From a virus, in the IMG/VR virus record IMGVR_UViG_3300021963_008193, positions 10,966 through 74,965 of that record: a stretch of DNA of 64,000 nucleotides. One strand, 5' to 3'. The notes under the pieces are model-generated. The model was not told the DNA's origin and made no database searches. It worked only from the letters and a program-made list of their open reading frames with translations. How positions within the stretch are numbered: position 1 is the first letter of the stretch; every line of letters starts with the position of its first letter. The position numbers and the translations under genes were made by a program. Shown here one piece after another: positions 18,423 to 29,599 of the stretch.

Positions 18423-19994
18423 TCAATTAATTCGGATATTTTGATTTAAGATTGAATTTTCAGCGTCAGCAAGTATTTGGTCTATCTCAGTAGTCGTCTG
18501 TCCATTACCCGCAGCGACAGGGACAGGAGGCATTGTTGCTATTTGGTGGACGTGACCTTTAACATAAGAAAAGATTTTTCTTAACAATATCATCAATTGG
18601 TCACCTCTAACTGTTGGGTATGTTTGATTAGAAATACTTTTCTCATCACCAATGAATTTATCTTGAGGTATACCGTATAATGTTTGTTGTAAATTAATTT
18701 GACCTTTTGGTCCTGTGGAATCCTGAGATAACAAATATATCCTTTGACCACCTAAAATTCCGTAAGTTATTGATGATGGGTCAAATTCTGCAGGAGTTAC
18801 AGTTTCTGTTTTAACATCTGCTTGAGGGCCTATCAAAGGTTTACCATTTTTGTTTTCAGATACTAAAAAGAATCCACTTTCTAATTTACCTTTGGTTAAT
18901 TTAATTTTAGTATAGAATCTAAGATAATTAGCCAATTCCGCGACTTCGTTAGATGTTGTTGAGGATGAAAATTTATGACCTTTTTCATATGTTAACTTTG
19001 ATGGGGTAACGATAAAAGGATACACGTCATTTGAAAAGTTTTGTTGATTATTAACAGTATAACCTGTTATATCTAAACGACCTTCAAGTAACGCACCTGC
19101 GAATTTATTTATTAAATAAACCGCTTCATCAAATGAAACACTTGTAAAAGTTATTTCCTCTAATGGACCTGTGTAATTAGTACCTATCGATAGATTAGTA
19201 ATTGTTTTAGGTTTAAAATTTGCAGTGGTAACCATAGTGGAATTAGGAATGATGTTATATAAACCAACAGAACCATTAAATACATCCTGAGTATTTTCAA
19301 GAGTGTCTATATTCCACATAACCATTTTTTTAACAACTTTAATTACCTCTTGTAATTTTGTCTTTGTTTCAGGTTCACCTAATATTTTTGTTTGAGTAAA
19401 ATTAGATAATTGTAAAAATGACCTAAATTGATTACCAACAGGTAATTGACTTGTTTTTAAAGACTTAGTTTTACCCGCTCTAATTAAAACTTCATTTTCC
19501 TTAACCACAACATCGGCACTACCTCTACCTAAAAGAGAATTATCTCCAGGTTCAGGAAAAACACCATAACTATTTTTATCTCGATAAGTACCGTCAGTAT
19601 TTCTAATACTTAAACCTTCTTTAATTCTTTCTCCTGAAGCCAAAAATTTCTTTGCTCCCTGATAGTACTCAAAAGGTGTTAACATTGGAGATGAAAACGG
19701 TCCTTGAATATAAAATTGGTTTCTATATGGGAAGTTTTTATCTTGGTATATAATGTGAACGTATTCGTCTTTCTTTGGGACCTGATTAAAGTAAAAAGGT
19801 AACAACGGTAAAAACACTAAAGGGTCTTTACTCGTCCATCTATCAGTTAATTCATTCCAATTATCAACGGATTTAATAATTGAATCATAATCTTTAGTTT
19901 CAGGAATTACACGAAGTCTACCTAACATCATAGGGTCTTGGTCGTCATAGACAATTCCTGGAAATATTATTTGTGCGTGATTAACTAAATTCAT
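18423..19994 (-). CDS. Baseplate central spike/hub protein (gp5/gpV-like)
   Basis: N-terminal OB-fold motif [17 protein letters not shown]; C-terminal GDQL...HVH spike-tip motif. Confidence 0.7.
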   Translation of the reverse strand: MNLVNHAQIIFPGIVYDDQDPMMLGRLRVIPETKDYDSIIKSVDNWNELTDRWTSKDPLVFLPLLPFYFNQVPKKDEYVHIIYQDKNFPYRNQFYIQGPFSSPMLTPFEYYQGAKKFLASGERIKEGLSIRNTDGTYRDKNSYGVFPEPGDNSLLGRGSADVVVKENEVLIRAGKTKSLKTSQLPVGNQFRSFLQLSNFTQTKILGEPETKTKLQEVIKVVKKMVMWNIDTLENTQDVFNGSVGLYNIIPNSTMVTTANFKPKTITNLSIGTNYTGPLEEITFTSVSFDEAVYLINKFAGALLEGRLDITGYTVNNQQNFSNDVYPFIVTPSKLTYEKGHKFSSSTTSNEVAELANYLRFYTKIKLTKGKLESGFFLVSENKNGKPLIGPQADVKTETVTPAEFDPSSITYGILGGQRIYLLSQDSTGPKGQINLQQTLYGIPQDKFIGDEKSISNQTYPTVRGDQLMILLRKIFSYVKGHVHQIATMPPVPVAAGNGQTTTEIDQILADAENSILNQNIRIN

Positions 19995-20203
19995 TTTTTA
20001 ACTCTTGAGTTGTATTCTTTTAAAATTGTATCGTAACTTAATTCTAATTTATCTAAATGATGTGTTAATTTAAGTAACGTTTCTTTAGTTAAATTAAAAT
20101 CTTCCTGTATAAAGTCCATAACAAAAACCAAATCTTTATTCGATTGTGTTTTATAATCTTTTAATATTTTAAGTGCTTTTTCAGCTTCTTCTTTTTTAGT
20201 CAT
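19991..20203 (-). CDS. Hypothetical coiled-coil protein
   Basis: 70 aa; stop overlaps the start of the spike gene. Confidence 0.55.
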   Translation of the reverse strand: MTKKEEAEKALKILKDYKTQSNKDLVFVMDFIQEDFNLTKETLLKLTHHLDKLELSYDTILKEYNSRVKK

Positions 20204-20205
20204 TA

Positions 20206-22116
20206 TTACATTTTTTTACCGAATGCACTTGTCGGAACTGTAAGTCCCGCAGGTGTTATACTTAATGCCCCAACCGCGATTTGTACTTTACCATTTTCCG
20301 CTTCCTCATTCGCCATTGCTTTCATTTGGGCTAATTTACTTAGGACTTCTAAATTTGGACTCCCATCAGGCATAGGTCCTGTAGGTATACCTAATTTTTG
20401 CATTTCCTCAATTGCACCGATAAACGCTCTCGATTCTGAATAACCATCCATTAACTGAGAAGCGAATAATAAAGGTAGAGGAATACTGTTTAATCCAAAT
20501 CCTGACGTTGCAATTTTTAACAACCAAAGTAATTCATCAACAACACTTTTACACTTTCTCCAATCACTTATGAATTGTGCAACGACTAATAACAATTGTA
20601 TTAATTTTAGAATCATTGTAATTCTTTTATCTCCTTGTTCTTTGGCGATATCCATTATAACTTGTTGTAGTAAATTTTTAATGTCTTTCTTAATAAGTTC
20701 AAACAATTCTTTAACGAATAGTCCACCAATTTTCGATACTAAATTAATAACAAAACTTTTAAACGATTTTGCAAATGTGACATAAGAATTTACTTGGTCT
20801 ACTACTGTTTGTCCTAAAGCCTTTAACATTGTAAAGATGGGTAATAAAATTTTTGGACCAAGTAACGCACCAATTAAACCTTGTACAATTAATTTAACAA
20901 AGTTCAAATCCACCGCGGCTTGTATATTACCCGTTATTGCTAACCCCGACCATTCAGGGTTCTCAGTCATCGCATTTGTTAAATTATCTGCAGCGTTAAC
21001 CAAATCGGTATCAGGGACGTACAATAAATTATTTATCGAATCAACAATAGAATCTGCATCGACAGGTAATTTAACATTATCACAATTTTCATATTCAACA
21101 ACGCCGTTTTTAATATTAGTAACTTTTAAATCAATGTTTCTTAAATCAATGTCAGTAAACTCGAAAAAAGCATCGTCCACACCATCCAACTCAGCAACTT
21201 TAGCGACCCCACTAACATCTATTTCAGTTTTATTATCAAAACAAAGACCCAAAATTCTTTGGAGTATTAATTCAAATTTAGTCGCGTCTTCGGCTTGAAC
21301 TAAACCTACACTAGCCTTTATTGAAACCGCACCTGATAATGAATTCATTATTGATGCCATAATATTATGAAAATCAACAATTTTAATTGTTTTATAATAA
21401 TCAACTAAAAATTCACCAACCTTGTTAATGTTATTAACTCGGTTAGGTAGTGTGACTTTATACCAAGGTCCTGATTGACCAATATTATCAAACTCAACAT
21501 ATTGTATATCAAATAAATCTTGACCTGATTGACCAATATATAATTGACCATTATCAACAGAATATGGTTGACCACTTTCAATACGTTTAAATAATTCTTT
21601 ATTTAAAGAAAACGGATATGTTTGAACTTGTATTGGGTCCTTTTCATATAAAGATTTACCAACCTCATCTGTTGGGTCTTTAGTTAAGATATTAGCAATA
21701 TCTATTGATGGGATTTTAATGTATAAAGTTTGTGCATTAAACATTTGTTGTTGGTCACAACCAACCGCGTTTAAAGATTCATCAAGTAAAATCTCCGCAA
21801 TCTTAGGTTCAATATTTTTTAAAGTTTGTATTAATAATTTCTTAACGTATTTGATAGAATTACTACCTTTACCACCAGTTACATTATTAATATCTAAAAG
21901 TTCCTCAAACTGACTTTTGATTTGTTTCTCAAAACGTTTTGTTTGGTCTTTTATATTGTTTAAAGTTTCAGTAACATTCGCCTTTTTTTCATCGAAACTT
22001 TCACCTGCCTTTTTTTTTGCAGAACTATATTGGTCCTTTAAATCGGTATATGCCTTTGTTGCAGATACCTTTTCTTGGACTTTTTTGTAATCGACATTTA
22101 AATCTAAAGACGCCAT
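20206..22116 (-). CDS. Large hypothetical helical protein, probably structural
   Basis: 636-aa ORF in an operon with the spike gene; hydrophobic helices near the C-terminus. Confidence 0.5.
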   Translation of the reverse strand: MASLDLNVDYKKVQEKVSATKAYTDLKDQYSSAKKKAGESFDEKKANVTETLNNIKDQTKRFEKQIKSQFEELLDINNVTGGKGSNSIKYVKKLLIQTLKNIEPKIAEILLDESLNAVGCDQQQMFNAQTLYIKIPSIDIANILTKDPTDEVGKSLYEKDPIQVQTYPFSLNKELFKRIESGQPYSVDNGQLYIGQSGQDLFDIQYVEFDNIGQSGPWYKVTLPNRVNNINKVGEFLVDYYKTIKIVDFHNIMASIMNSLSGAVSIKASVGLVQAEDATKFELILQRILGLCFDNKTEIDVSGVAKVAELDGVDDAFFEFTDIDLRNIDLKVTNIKNGVVEYENCDNVKLPVDADSIVDSINNLLYVPDTDLVNAADNLTNAMTENPEWSGLAITGNIQAAVDLNFVKLIVQGLIGALLGPKILLPIFTMLKALGQTVVDQVNSYVTFAKSFKSFVINLVSKIGGLFVKELFELIKKDIKNLLQQVIMDIAKEQGDKRITMILKLIQLLLVVAQFISDWRKCKSVVDELLWLLKIATSGFGLNSIPLPLLFASQLMDGYSESRAFIGAIEEMQKLGIPTGPMPDGSPNLEVLSKLAQMKAMANEEAENGKVQIAVGALSITPAGLTVPTSAFGKKM

Positions 22117-22118
22117 AT

Positions 22119-22490
22119 TTATTTTTTCATTTTATAGGTATCGTCTTTTGCAATATCTCGTTCTATTAAATTCTGAATAATGTCATCATCCATATTTAAA
22201 TCTGATATTGAAAAGGCTTCTGTTGATGAACTTGATTTTTCCCATATTGATGATTGTATCTTAGAAAGTGACAATTTCTTCTCAACACAGTCGTTAATAA
22301 TTTTTTGTTGTTTCTCAATCACAGGACCTATAAGAGTCATATCTTCAGGTTCTTTCATCATAGCTAACATTTTATTCTGTATTCTTATAGCAGTATTTCT
22401 TTGTTCTACAAGTTCATTGTAAATTTCCTGTAATAAAGAAAGTATAGATTCCTTACTTAAATTAATTTCTTTTTTTGTTGGTCTTCCCAT
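22119..22490 (-). CDS. Hypothetical coiled-coil protein
   Basis: 123 aa; TATTTAT 4 nt upstream. Confidence 0.6.
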   Translation of the reverse strand: MGRPTKKEINLSKESILSLLQEIYNELVEQRNTAIRIQNKMLAMMKEPEDMTLIGPVIEKQQKIINDCVEKKLSLSKIQSSIWEKSSSSTEAFSISDLNMDDDIIQNLIERDIAKDDTYKMKK

Positions 22491-22515
22491 AACGATAAAT
22501 ATTAGTCCTTAATTT

Positions 22516-23265
22516 TTATTTTGACATTTTCTCAACCAAGTTCAAATAGATAACTCGGTATTTCTTCATTGAAGAACGAATTTCTTTCGTTGATAGATTT
22601 GTCATTTCACGTAATGACAATAGAATTATATTTTTATTAAACTTATTATTTGAATTTCCAATAAATATATTTTCATAATTTTCAAATAAATCATGTAATG
22701 CGTGACCTAATTTTATTTCATTTTCATTTAGGTTCTCCTGCTCAAGAAAAGAATCCAATTCCTGTAAAAAGTTTTTAATTACTTGAGATGGGTCAACATA
22801 ATCATTATCTATTAAGTATGAAAAATCAGGGTTATTCTCTAAATTCGATGAAATATCTTCGTAGGATATTTTTCTATTTATTTCTTTTTGGTCTTTAATT
22901 ATTTGACCCATCAAATAATTCTTACAGATGGTTCCAAAATAAGAATAAGCCTTCTTTTCTTTAGAAGGTTTAAACTTATCAATTTTGGTCATCAAAAACG
23001 AATGGGTGTCGGTATGGATTTCATAGAAGTCCATATCTTTACGATACAATTTATACCTTCTAATAATTGAAGATATCATTTTATCTAACGGTTTTCGTAG
23101 AAAATCATTGTAGATTTTATTTTTTTCGTCCCACGATTCGGTAGTTAAAAATCGTACTACCGCTAATTCTTCTTGAACGTCAAAATAATTTGCTTGTTTT
23201 GGTTTTCTCCCTTTTCGTTTTAAATCTGTATCCGTATTCCCTGATATAGTCAGTTCCTCACTCAT
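22516..23265 (-). CDS. Phage late-transcription sigma factor (gp55-like)
   Basis: NYF...E; KIDKFKPSKEKKAYSYFGTICKNYL resembles the sigma region-2 motif of gp55-type factors. Confidence 0.7.
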   Translation of the reverse strand: MSEELTISGNTDTDLKRKGRKPKQANYFDVQEELAVVRFLTTESWDEKNKIYNDFLRKPLDKMISSIIRRYKLYRKDMDFYEIHTDTHSFLMTKIDKFKPSKEKKAYSYFGTICKNYLMGQIIKDQKEINRKISYEDISSNLENNPDFSYLIDNDYVDPSQVIKNFLQELDSFLEQENLNENEIKLGHALHDLFENYENIFIGNSNNKFNKNIILLSLREMTNLSTKEIRSSMKKYRVIYLNLVEKMSK

Positions 23266-24068
23266 TAAACAGTTTGGGGTTCGTATTTTATGGCTCTATC
23301 ATTAATAAAGAAATACTCTTTCTTAGCCGACTCAACCCAAAATCTAACTTCTTCTTCAGTTAAAACTTCTTCACCATTTTTGTAATTCCAAAAAATAGAC
23401 CCTTCACGTAAATTAAGATGTTTATAACCAATTTTAGGAATTGACATTATTTTAACTGAATTATGTGTCATCCTTAAGAAGAACTCATAACCAAATGTCA
23501 ATTTGAATGATGGTTTTAATAAACCAAAATCAACGAATGAAGATTTTTTAATAACCATTCCTGAGATTTGGAAGTTTTGATACGTCTGAAGAGTATCATT
23601 ACTTAGTATTCCCATTTCAGCTGCAATATTTAATGCAAACGTTGCTTCGTTAGTGAATCCTGCAAATTGACCTTTCTCATCTGTGTCAATAACAACAGGT
23701 AAAAATGCGTCAACATCAGGGTATGAGTTCGAATATTTAACCACATTATTGAACCATATACTTGAATACTCATCATCAAATTCAAAAAGAGAGACCCACT
23801 TAGATTCCGATGACCTAACACCATGGTTTACTTGTTCTGCGAAGTTTGGGGTTTTAGTCCAAACAATTTTATTTACTTTTAAAGTCCCAAAATCATAGTC
23901 ACCCAAAAACTCAACCAATGACGTTTCATCAGTATGAACTATTACTAATTCATTAACTTGAGTTTTTTGGTTTTTAAGTGAGGTAATTGCCTTTTCAAAG
24001 TATTCGGCAAAACCGTTAGTTTTAGATGATTTAATTGGTAGTATTACTGATACATCAAATTTTTCCAT
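23265..24068 (-). CDS. GT-A (GT2-like) glycosyltransferase
   Basis: DVSVILPI, VNHGV, LFEFDDEY (DxD-like), FFLR motifs. Confidence 0.8.
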   Translation of the reverse strand: MEKFDVSVILPIKSSKTNGFAEYFEKAITSLKNQKTQVNELVIVHTDETSLVEFLGDYDFGTLKVNKIVWTKTPNFAEQVNHGVRSSESKWVSLFEFDDEYSSIWFNNVVKYSNSYPDVDAFLPVVIDTDEKGQFAGFTNEATFALNIAAEMGILSNDTLQTYQNFQISGMVIKKSSFVDFGLLKPSFKLTFGYEFFLRMTHNSVKIMSIPKIGYKHLNLREGSIFWNYKNGEEVLTEEEVRFWVESAKKEYFFINDRAIKYEPQTV

Positions 24069-24089
24069 TGTATATAATTTTTTAATTTT

Positions 24090-25148
24090 TTATTCTGTTG
24101 GTTCTAGTTTATTTAATTGTTCTTCAAAAGACACTAATCTTGTTTGGAGATATCCACCAAAAAGAGAATCGACTTCTTTATCAAATTCTTCTTTAGAACT
24201 TAATTCATTTACAGTTTCCGACATTGATTCAAACATCTTCTCGTTGATATTATCCTCTAACCAATTTTGTAAGAAATCTGCCGCGAAATCAACTACTTGG
24301 TTTTTATTGTTAATCCAAAGACCATTATCTTCATTAATCCAATGAGGTAAAAGATTAGGAACCAAACCTAAAACAGGGACACCTGATATCATCGATTCTA
24401 ATGGGAATGTACCATAAGCACTTGTCTCATCAATCCAAATAGAAAGAAAACAATCTTGTAATGCTTCTGAAAATTGTTTTTCACTCAATCCTTTCATATC
24501 TCTGAAAGTAATCCATCTGTATTGAGGAAATTTAATGTAAAAACTTTTAATAATGTTCGCAGTATCTCTCTGTTCTCTTGAGTGGATAGCAATCATTGGT
24601 TTTGCTGGTAGAGTTTGTTTTTTAAAATCCTCAGAAATATATGGACGTAAAATATCAATACTTGAACTTCTCATAAGATTTGAGATGTGTTCTTTTTGGT
24701 GTTCGGAAGTTGTGATACATTTATGGAAACCTAATTGTGACCACGTTTGACCTGGTTGTAGAGTTTCTAACATATGGTCATATGATTGACATAAGACAAT
24801 TTTTGCACATGGTAATTTTGTAATTTGACTCATAACAAATCCGTACAATTCAGGGATGATAATAAAATCATCAGGAGAAACCTCCAAGTTTTGACCCTCA
24901 ATTGACCTATGAGGTAATTCCATATATTCCTTACCTAACCATCCTTCTACACCAACGTAGTCAGGTTTTTCATGTAACATTATAGGATTATAACCTTGTC
25001 TTGATAATGATAAACCTAAACGGTAAATATACGACACTGAAGCCTTTGCGTTACCTTTAGTATCTTGAACTAAGAGATAAAGTTTTGATTTTTTATTTCT
25101 TAGATTCTCTATTGATTGTTCTAATTTTTTAATTTGTTCTTGATTCAT
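24090..25148 (-). CDS. GT-B (GT4-like) glycosyltransferase
   Basis: DFIIIPE; SAYGTFPLESMISGVPV resembles the EGFG.PPLEAM..G.PV motif. Confidence 0.7.
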   Translation of the reverse strand: MNQEQIKKLEQSIENLRNKKSKLYLLVQDTKGNAKASVSYIYRLGLSLSRQGYNPIMLHEKPDYVGVEGWLGKEYMELPHRSIEGQNLEVSPDDFIIIPELYGFVMSQITKLPCAKIVLCQSYDHMLETLQPGQTWSQLGFHKCITTSEHQKEHISNLMRSSSIDILRPYISEDFKKQTLPAKPMIAIHSREQRDTANIIKSFYIKFPQYRWITFRDMKGLSEKQFSEALQDCFLSIWIDETSAYGTFPLESMISGVPVLGLVPNLLPHWINEDNGLWINNKNQVVDFAADFLQNWLEDNINEKMFESMSETVNELSSKEEFDKEVDSLFGGYLQTRLVSFEEQLNKLEPTE

Positions 25149-25152
25149 ATTC

Positions 25153-25422
25153 TTAGTATTTATTTAATAATTTTTTATTTAACAAACTGTTAAAGGCCAA
25201 TTTAAAAGGAATTGATAATTCATTACTTTTCATTGCCAAGGTTTCATCCACCTCTTCATTCTCAGTCATTATGACATCGACAAGGACTTTAATCATATCG
25301 TATTTAACAACACTTATGTGATTTTCAGACATTCCAGTATAATCCTCAGGTTGTTTAATCGTTGTAAATTCCTCAATTTTATCTAAGTCTAGATAATAAT
25401 GGTCTCCTAATATTTTTAACAT
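25153..25422 (-). CDS. Hypothetical protein
   Basis: 89 aa; coupled within the operon. Confidence 0.6.
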   Translation of the reverse strand: MLKILGDHYYLDLDKIEEFTTIKQPEDYTGMSENHISVVKYDMIKVLVDVIMTENEEVDETLAMKSNELSIPFKLAFNSLLNKKLLNKY

Positions 25423-26018
25423 TACACGAGTTCTTTTAATTTATCCCCCAACTCTTTAATTGACTTAATTGTATGGGTGGTATTTATGGTTTTATTATAT
25501 TCCGTCTCATACTTTATAATCAATTTATTTGACGGATAATCTAATAATAAAGCAGGGTTTGAAGTAAGTAAAAGGTCTATTTCATCCCACATAGAATTAA
25601 TTGTATAATTACTATAGAATTTTACTTTTTCTAATTGACATCCAAACTTAGACAAGAAGAATAATGATGCGGGTTTTGATTTCCCTATTTCATCAGATAC
25701 GATGATTAAATCATGATTATCTCTTAAATCAACATATACCTCATTTAAATCATTAAACGTACTATATTCAGTTGATTGAGAGTGACCAAAAATCTCCATT
25801 GGGAATTCCTCATACAAGAATGAAAACATTTCTTCATCGTTTTGGAATTTAAAATGGGACTTTAAATCTAAACTATTAACAGGTAATGACATCTCATAAA
25901 CAAATTCGTTCTCAGTTTCAATACCATCAGTTTTGTCAATTAAAAATTTCTGATAAGTTTGTTCAATCTTACCAAGGGTATTTCTAAGAACCCCATTTAT
26001 CTCAATCCCAATTCTCAT
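25422..26018 (-). CDS. HAD/NT5C-like (5'(3')-deoxyribonucleotidase-like) protein with degenerate motif I
   Basis: MRIGIEINGVL corresponds to IGIDIDGVL; C-terminal YN motif. Confidence 0.55.
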   Translation of the reverse strand: MRIGIEINGVLRNTLGKIEQTYQKFLIDKTDGIETENEFVYEMSLPVNSLDLKSHFKFQNDEEMFSFLYEEFPMEIFGHSQSTEYSTFNDLNEVYVDLRDNHDLIIVSDEIGKSKPASLFFLSKFGCQLEKVKFYSNYTINSMWDEIDLLLTSNPALLLDYPSNKLIIKYETEYNKTINTTHTIKSIKELGDKLKELV

Positions 26019-26752
26019 TGCTCCTCGTATTTTTCTAATATGCTACTGATTAATGGGTTTCTTACAATATCATTTTTATCTTTAAACTCAAAGGTTGAGA
26101 TATTCTTAGAGTCTCTAAATTTTTCAATTGCATCCCATAAACCACTGTGTGTTTTATTCTTGTATTTATCAGATTGTTCAACATCTCCCGAAATAAAGAA
26201 TTTACTATTGAAACCAATTCTTGTCAATAAAAGTTTCATTTGACTTGGTGAGGCATTTTGACCCTCCTCAAAAATTAATATTGAATTATCAATATTCATA
26301 CCTCTCATGTAAGCCAATGCAAACACCTCAATAACATCAAGGTCTTTTAATTTTTCACGAGCTTCTTTACCAATAATTTTATTCATTAAGTAATAAGAAG
26401 GGAAAATATATGGGTCCAATTTCTCCTCAACATTTCCTGGTAATGAACCTAATTTTTCTTCAGCTTCAACCGCAGGTCTAACGATGATAATTTTTTCGTA
26501 AGGTGTTGTTGGGTCTGAGATTAAGTCGATTGCTGCTTTCATGGTAATGTAACTTTTACCAACTCCCGCGGGACCTGAACAAATCGTTATCTCACTTGAG
26601 ATTAAAGTATCGTAATACTTTTTTTGGTTATTGGTTAAGAATTTTTCTTTAGTTTTTTTCTTAACAATTTCCATAATCAAATCTTTTCTGTTAACGTGTT
26701 TTCTTGGTTCTTCAGAATTTTGAGTTTGATTTGTTTTTTTTCTTTGTGTCAT
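26015..26752 (-). CDS. phoH: PhoH-like ATPase
   Basis: GPAGVGKS, RPAVEAEEKLG.LPG, LAYMRG, E.QN, LLTRIG, GD..QSD and IVRNPLI motifs. Confidence 0.95.
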   Translation of the reverse strand: MTQRKKTNQTQNSEEPRKHVNRKDLIMEIVKKKTKEKFLTNNQKKYYDTLISSEITICSGPAGVGKSYITMKAAIDLISDPTTPYEKIIIVRPAVEAEEKLGSLPGNVEEKLDPYIFPSYYLMNKIIGKEAREKLKDLDVIEVFALAYMRGMNIDNSILIFEEGQNASPSQMKLLLTRIGFNSKFFISGDVEQSDKYKNKTHSGLWDAIEKFRDSKNISTFEFKDKNDIVRNPLISSILEKYEEQ

Positions 26753-26809
26753 AGACGTTTTTAATATAAATTTATGTCATCATAAATAATTGTAAACTCC
26801 TAATGTATT

Positions 26810-28330
26810 TTAGTGAATACGTATAAGATGATTAACTAATCTATTAAGGTTTTGATAAAAAAATGGTAACAATGTTTGAGAATAGTCATGTCTTTCCCCT
26901 ATCATGTTTTTCTCATCTTTACCTCTTGACTGACTTTCAAAATGATACGAAACTAAACTACCGTCAAAATAATTTTCATATCCCATTAAGAGACATTTTG
27001 CGTTAAGTTCTACATCTTCAAAACAAGTTGTATAATTCTCATTATAACTCCCACATTTTTCAAAAACATTTTTTCTAATCATCATTAACGCTGCCGTATT
27101 ACCAAATACTTTTTTAAATGATACAGGATGGTTATAATATGATTTTATATTATCGTGACCTAAAATAATTTGTTGTCGACTATTAACTCCTGCGAACACA
27201 CCCCCATGTTGTACGGTATTATCTTCAAAATGTAATCTACAACCAACAGTTCCTGTTTTAGGGTGTTCTTTCATGATTTTTAACATACCATAAATGACGT
27301 TGTTTAATATTTTAATATCATTATTACAAAACAACAAAAATTCATATTTGTTATCTATATGATTTTTGACAACATCATTATTTATTTTAGCGAAATTATA
27401 ATAATCGTATTCAATTAGAGTTATTTGTACCTTTGTTGAGTTTTCGGTTATATAATTTTTTATTTCGGAAATCTCGTCCTCGTTTGACCCAGTATCTGCA
27501 ACGAAAATATGATAAAGTTGCGAGTTGGAATGTTCTATAAATGAATCTATACATTGTTTTAATAAATTAACTTTCCCTTTTGTCGGGATTATTACTGCAA
27601 CACTACCAACATTTTTAATTGGTTTTTCTTTAATTTCGGGAGTATATATTTTATTCGGTAATAAGTCTAATGGTAATTTTTCTTTCCATTTATTTAAAAA
27701 TTTATCCTTACTTTCCCAAAATTCTTGGTTTGGTTGACCTACCGATTTATGAGTTATTTCAAATGAAGATGTTACACCAATTTTTACATTATCTAAATAA
27801 TTTGGAATACAAAACCCATGGTCGTAAAAATGGAACTTTCCATAAGATTCATCAAAAGTATGTTTGATTTTTGTTTTGTCAAATGATATAAACAAACCAT
27901 CAATTGTTACTACGGGAATTAAAAAAGGTAGTTTAGGGGAATATTGACTTAACCATTTTTTTTGGTTTTCAGGATGGTGATACACTTGTCCCACCATTGT
28001 TTGTTTCATTTTTTCCCAATAAACTCCTGATTCGGGAAAATAACATGAACCAGCCTTTCCAATTATACCGAATTCGGGGTTAATGGAAAAATCCTCTAAT
28101 AGTTTTTTACCCCAATTCTTCTCAAGTTTTATATCGTTATGACAACAAACTATTATATCATGAGAGGACTCTTCAATACCCTTATTATATAATTCCGATA
28201 ATGAATATTGGTTGTTATTATTATATTCAATGATTTGAACATCGGGTAAACCAACTGTCTGTAATAAGTGTCGTTGGAAATTGGAATTATATTCGAAATC
28301 CTTATGAGTTGAGTATATTATCGTTATCAT
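26810..28330 (-). CDS. Two-domain GT2-family glycosyltransferase
   Basis: Domain 1: CCHNDI, IDGLF, FHFYD. Domain 2: VIIPTK, DTGS, NFAKINN, FCNNDI, FEDVEL, HFESQSRG. Confidence 0.88.
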   Translation of the reverse strand: MITIIYSTHKDFEYNSNFQRHLLQTVGLPDVQIIEYNNNNQYSLSELYNKGIEESSHDIIVCCHNDIKLEKNWGKKLLEDFSINPEFGIIGKAGSCYFPESGVYWEKMKQTMVGQVYHHPENQKKWLSQYSPKLPFLIPVVTIDGLFISFDKTKIKHTFDESYGKFHFYDHGFCIPNYLDNVKIGVTSSFEITHKSVGQPNQEFWESKDKFLNKWKEKLPLDLLPNKIYTPEIKEKPIKNVGSVAVIIPTKGKVNLLKQCIDSFIEHSNSQLYHIFVADTGSNEDEISEIKNYITENSTKVQITLIEYDYYNFAKINNDVVKNHIDNKYEFLLFCNNDIKILNNVIYGMLKIMKEHPKTGTVGCRLHFEDNTVQHGGVFAGVNSRQQIILGHDNIKSYYNHPVSFKKVFGNTAALMMIRKNVFEKCGSYNENYTTCFEDVELNAKCLLMGYENYFDGSLVSYHFESQSRGKDEKNMIGERHDYSQTLLPFFYQNLNRLVNHLIRIH

Positions 28331-29045
28331 ATAAAAAGTTCATTGCGGTTAAATCTTCAACCTCGTTAAAATTATGTGCCTCGAAATCTTTCATAGTTCG
28401 TCTATGTTCTAACAATGGAGTGTCGGCTCTACCTCGATTACATTTTTGTGTAAATTCTTCTTTAGTTTTACCAAAGTAATGATTTAATTGGGCAATATCA
28501 TCATCACCATTTTCATTAAATGGTCCCATAAACAATCTTTTATTTGTGTCTGTTGATGGTTTATTAAAAGGATTATGAACATCCATTATAATATTACTTG
28601 ATAATTTAATAATGGATTTAACATGATTGTTAATAGATTTTTGACGTTTTGTAAATCGTTTAAGAACACTGTATTCGTTATTTACTCGTTGATGACCATT
28701 GTCACCAAATAAAACCCAGTTAACACCTATTGAGTGATAATCTAAATAATCTGAGATAAAATCTTTAACATTTTGATGTTTTTTTAAAACTAAAAATTCA
28801 TCAATATCAAAAAATGCCGCCCAATCATATTTTGTATAATTGTTTTGAATAAAATGGTGATAAGCTTCTCGTTGTTTATTAACACCGTCAAAATCTATTG
28901 TAATAACGTTAGGTTCGTCAATAGAACACCTCCAATCATTTTGATAAATAATAATATCATCAAAACCAAGTTTTTTATTATAATTTATCCATTCTTGGAT
29001 ATACATATCCTCGTTTTTTGCTATACAAACTAATGCAACCTTCAT
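28302..29045 (-). CDS. GT92/Glyco_tranf_2_4-like glycosyltransferase
   Basis: CIAKNE..YI.EWI.Y...LGFD, W.AFFDIDEFL, KSII and LNHY motifs. Start moved to ATG 29045. Confidence 0.82.
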   Translation of the reverse strand: MKVALVCIAKNEDMYIQEWINYNKKLGFDDIIIYQNDWRCSIDEPNVITIDFDGVNKQREAYHHFIQNNYTKYDWAAFFDIDEFLVLKKHQNVKDFISDYLDYHSIGVNWVLFGDNGHQRVNNEYSVLKRFTKRQKSINNHVKSIIKLSSNIIMDVHNPFNKPSTDTNKRLFMGPFNENGDDDIAQLNHYFGKTKEEFTQKCNRGRADTPLLEHRRTMKDFEAHNFNEVEDLTAMNFLYDNDNILNS

Positions 29046-29049
29046 AATG

Positions 29050-29598
29050 TTATATTTTAACCCACCATTGTTGTCCACCAACAACATTTATTTTATCCCC
29101 AAATATTTCATCAACGGCTTGCATTACCCCTGGCCAACCGATAACATAATCGTCCCCACATAATACTCCACCTTTTTTCACTTTAGGTAACCAATTTTTA
29201 ATATCTTCAATAACAAATTCATATTCGTGGGAGGCATCAATATAAACAATATCGAAATATTCATCACTATAGTTTTTAGATTCAGAAATTGAATCATTTT
29301 TAATAAGTTCTATTTTATCTAAAATTGGTTTTAAATTTTCCAAAGTAATACCATGGTAGTTAATTGTTTTATCGTGTTCAGTAGACCCCTCAAAATGGTC
29401 AATTGCTTTATATTCGTATTCAAGGTTTTCATTAATTAATATAGTATTCCACATTGAAGTCCCTCGACCTTGGTAAACACCTATTTCGGCAATTTTTATT
29501 TTTTGATTGGTATTAATCAAAGGTAAAATTGTTTTAAGTAATTCACCTTGTTCAGATTCCGAAGACCATCCTTCGATATTATGATAAAAATGCTCCAT
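29050..29598 (-). CDS. Class I SAM-dependent methyltransferase (Methyltransf_24-like)
   Basis: EIGVYQG, IDHF, YIDASHEYE.V..DI..W.PK.K.GG...GDDY motifs. Confidence 0.9.
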   Translation of the reverse strand: MEHFYHNIEGWSSESEQGELLKTILPLINTNQKIKIAEIGVYQGRGTSMWNTILINENLEYEYKAIDHFEGSTEHDKTINYHGITLENLKPILDKIELIKNDSISESKNYSDEYFDIVYIDASHEYEFVIEDIKNWLPKVKKGGVLCGDDYVIGWPGVMQAVDEIFGDKINVVGGQQWWVKI

Positions 29599-29599
29599 A

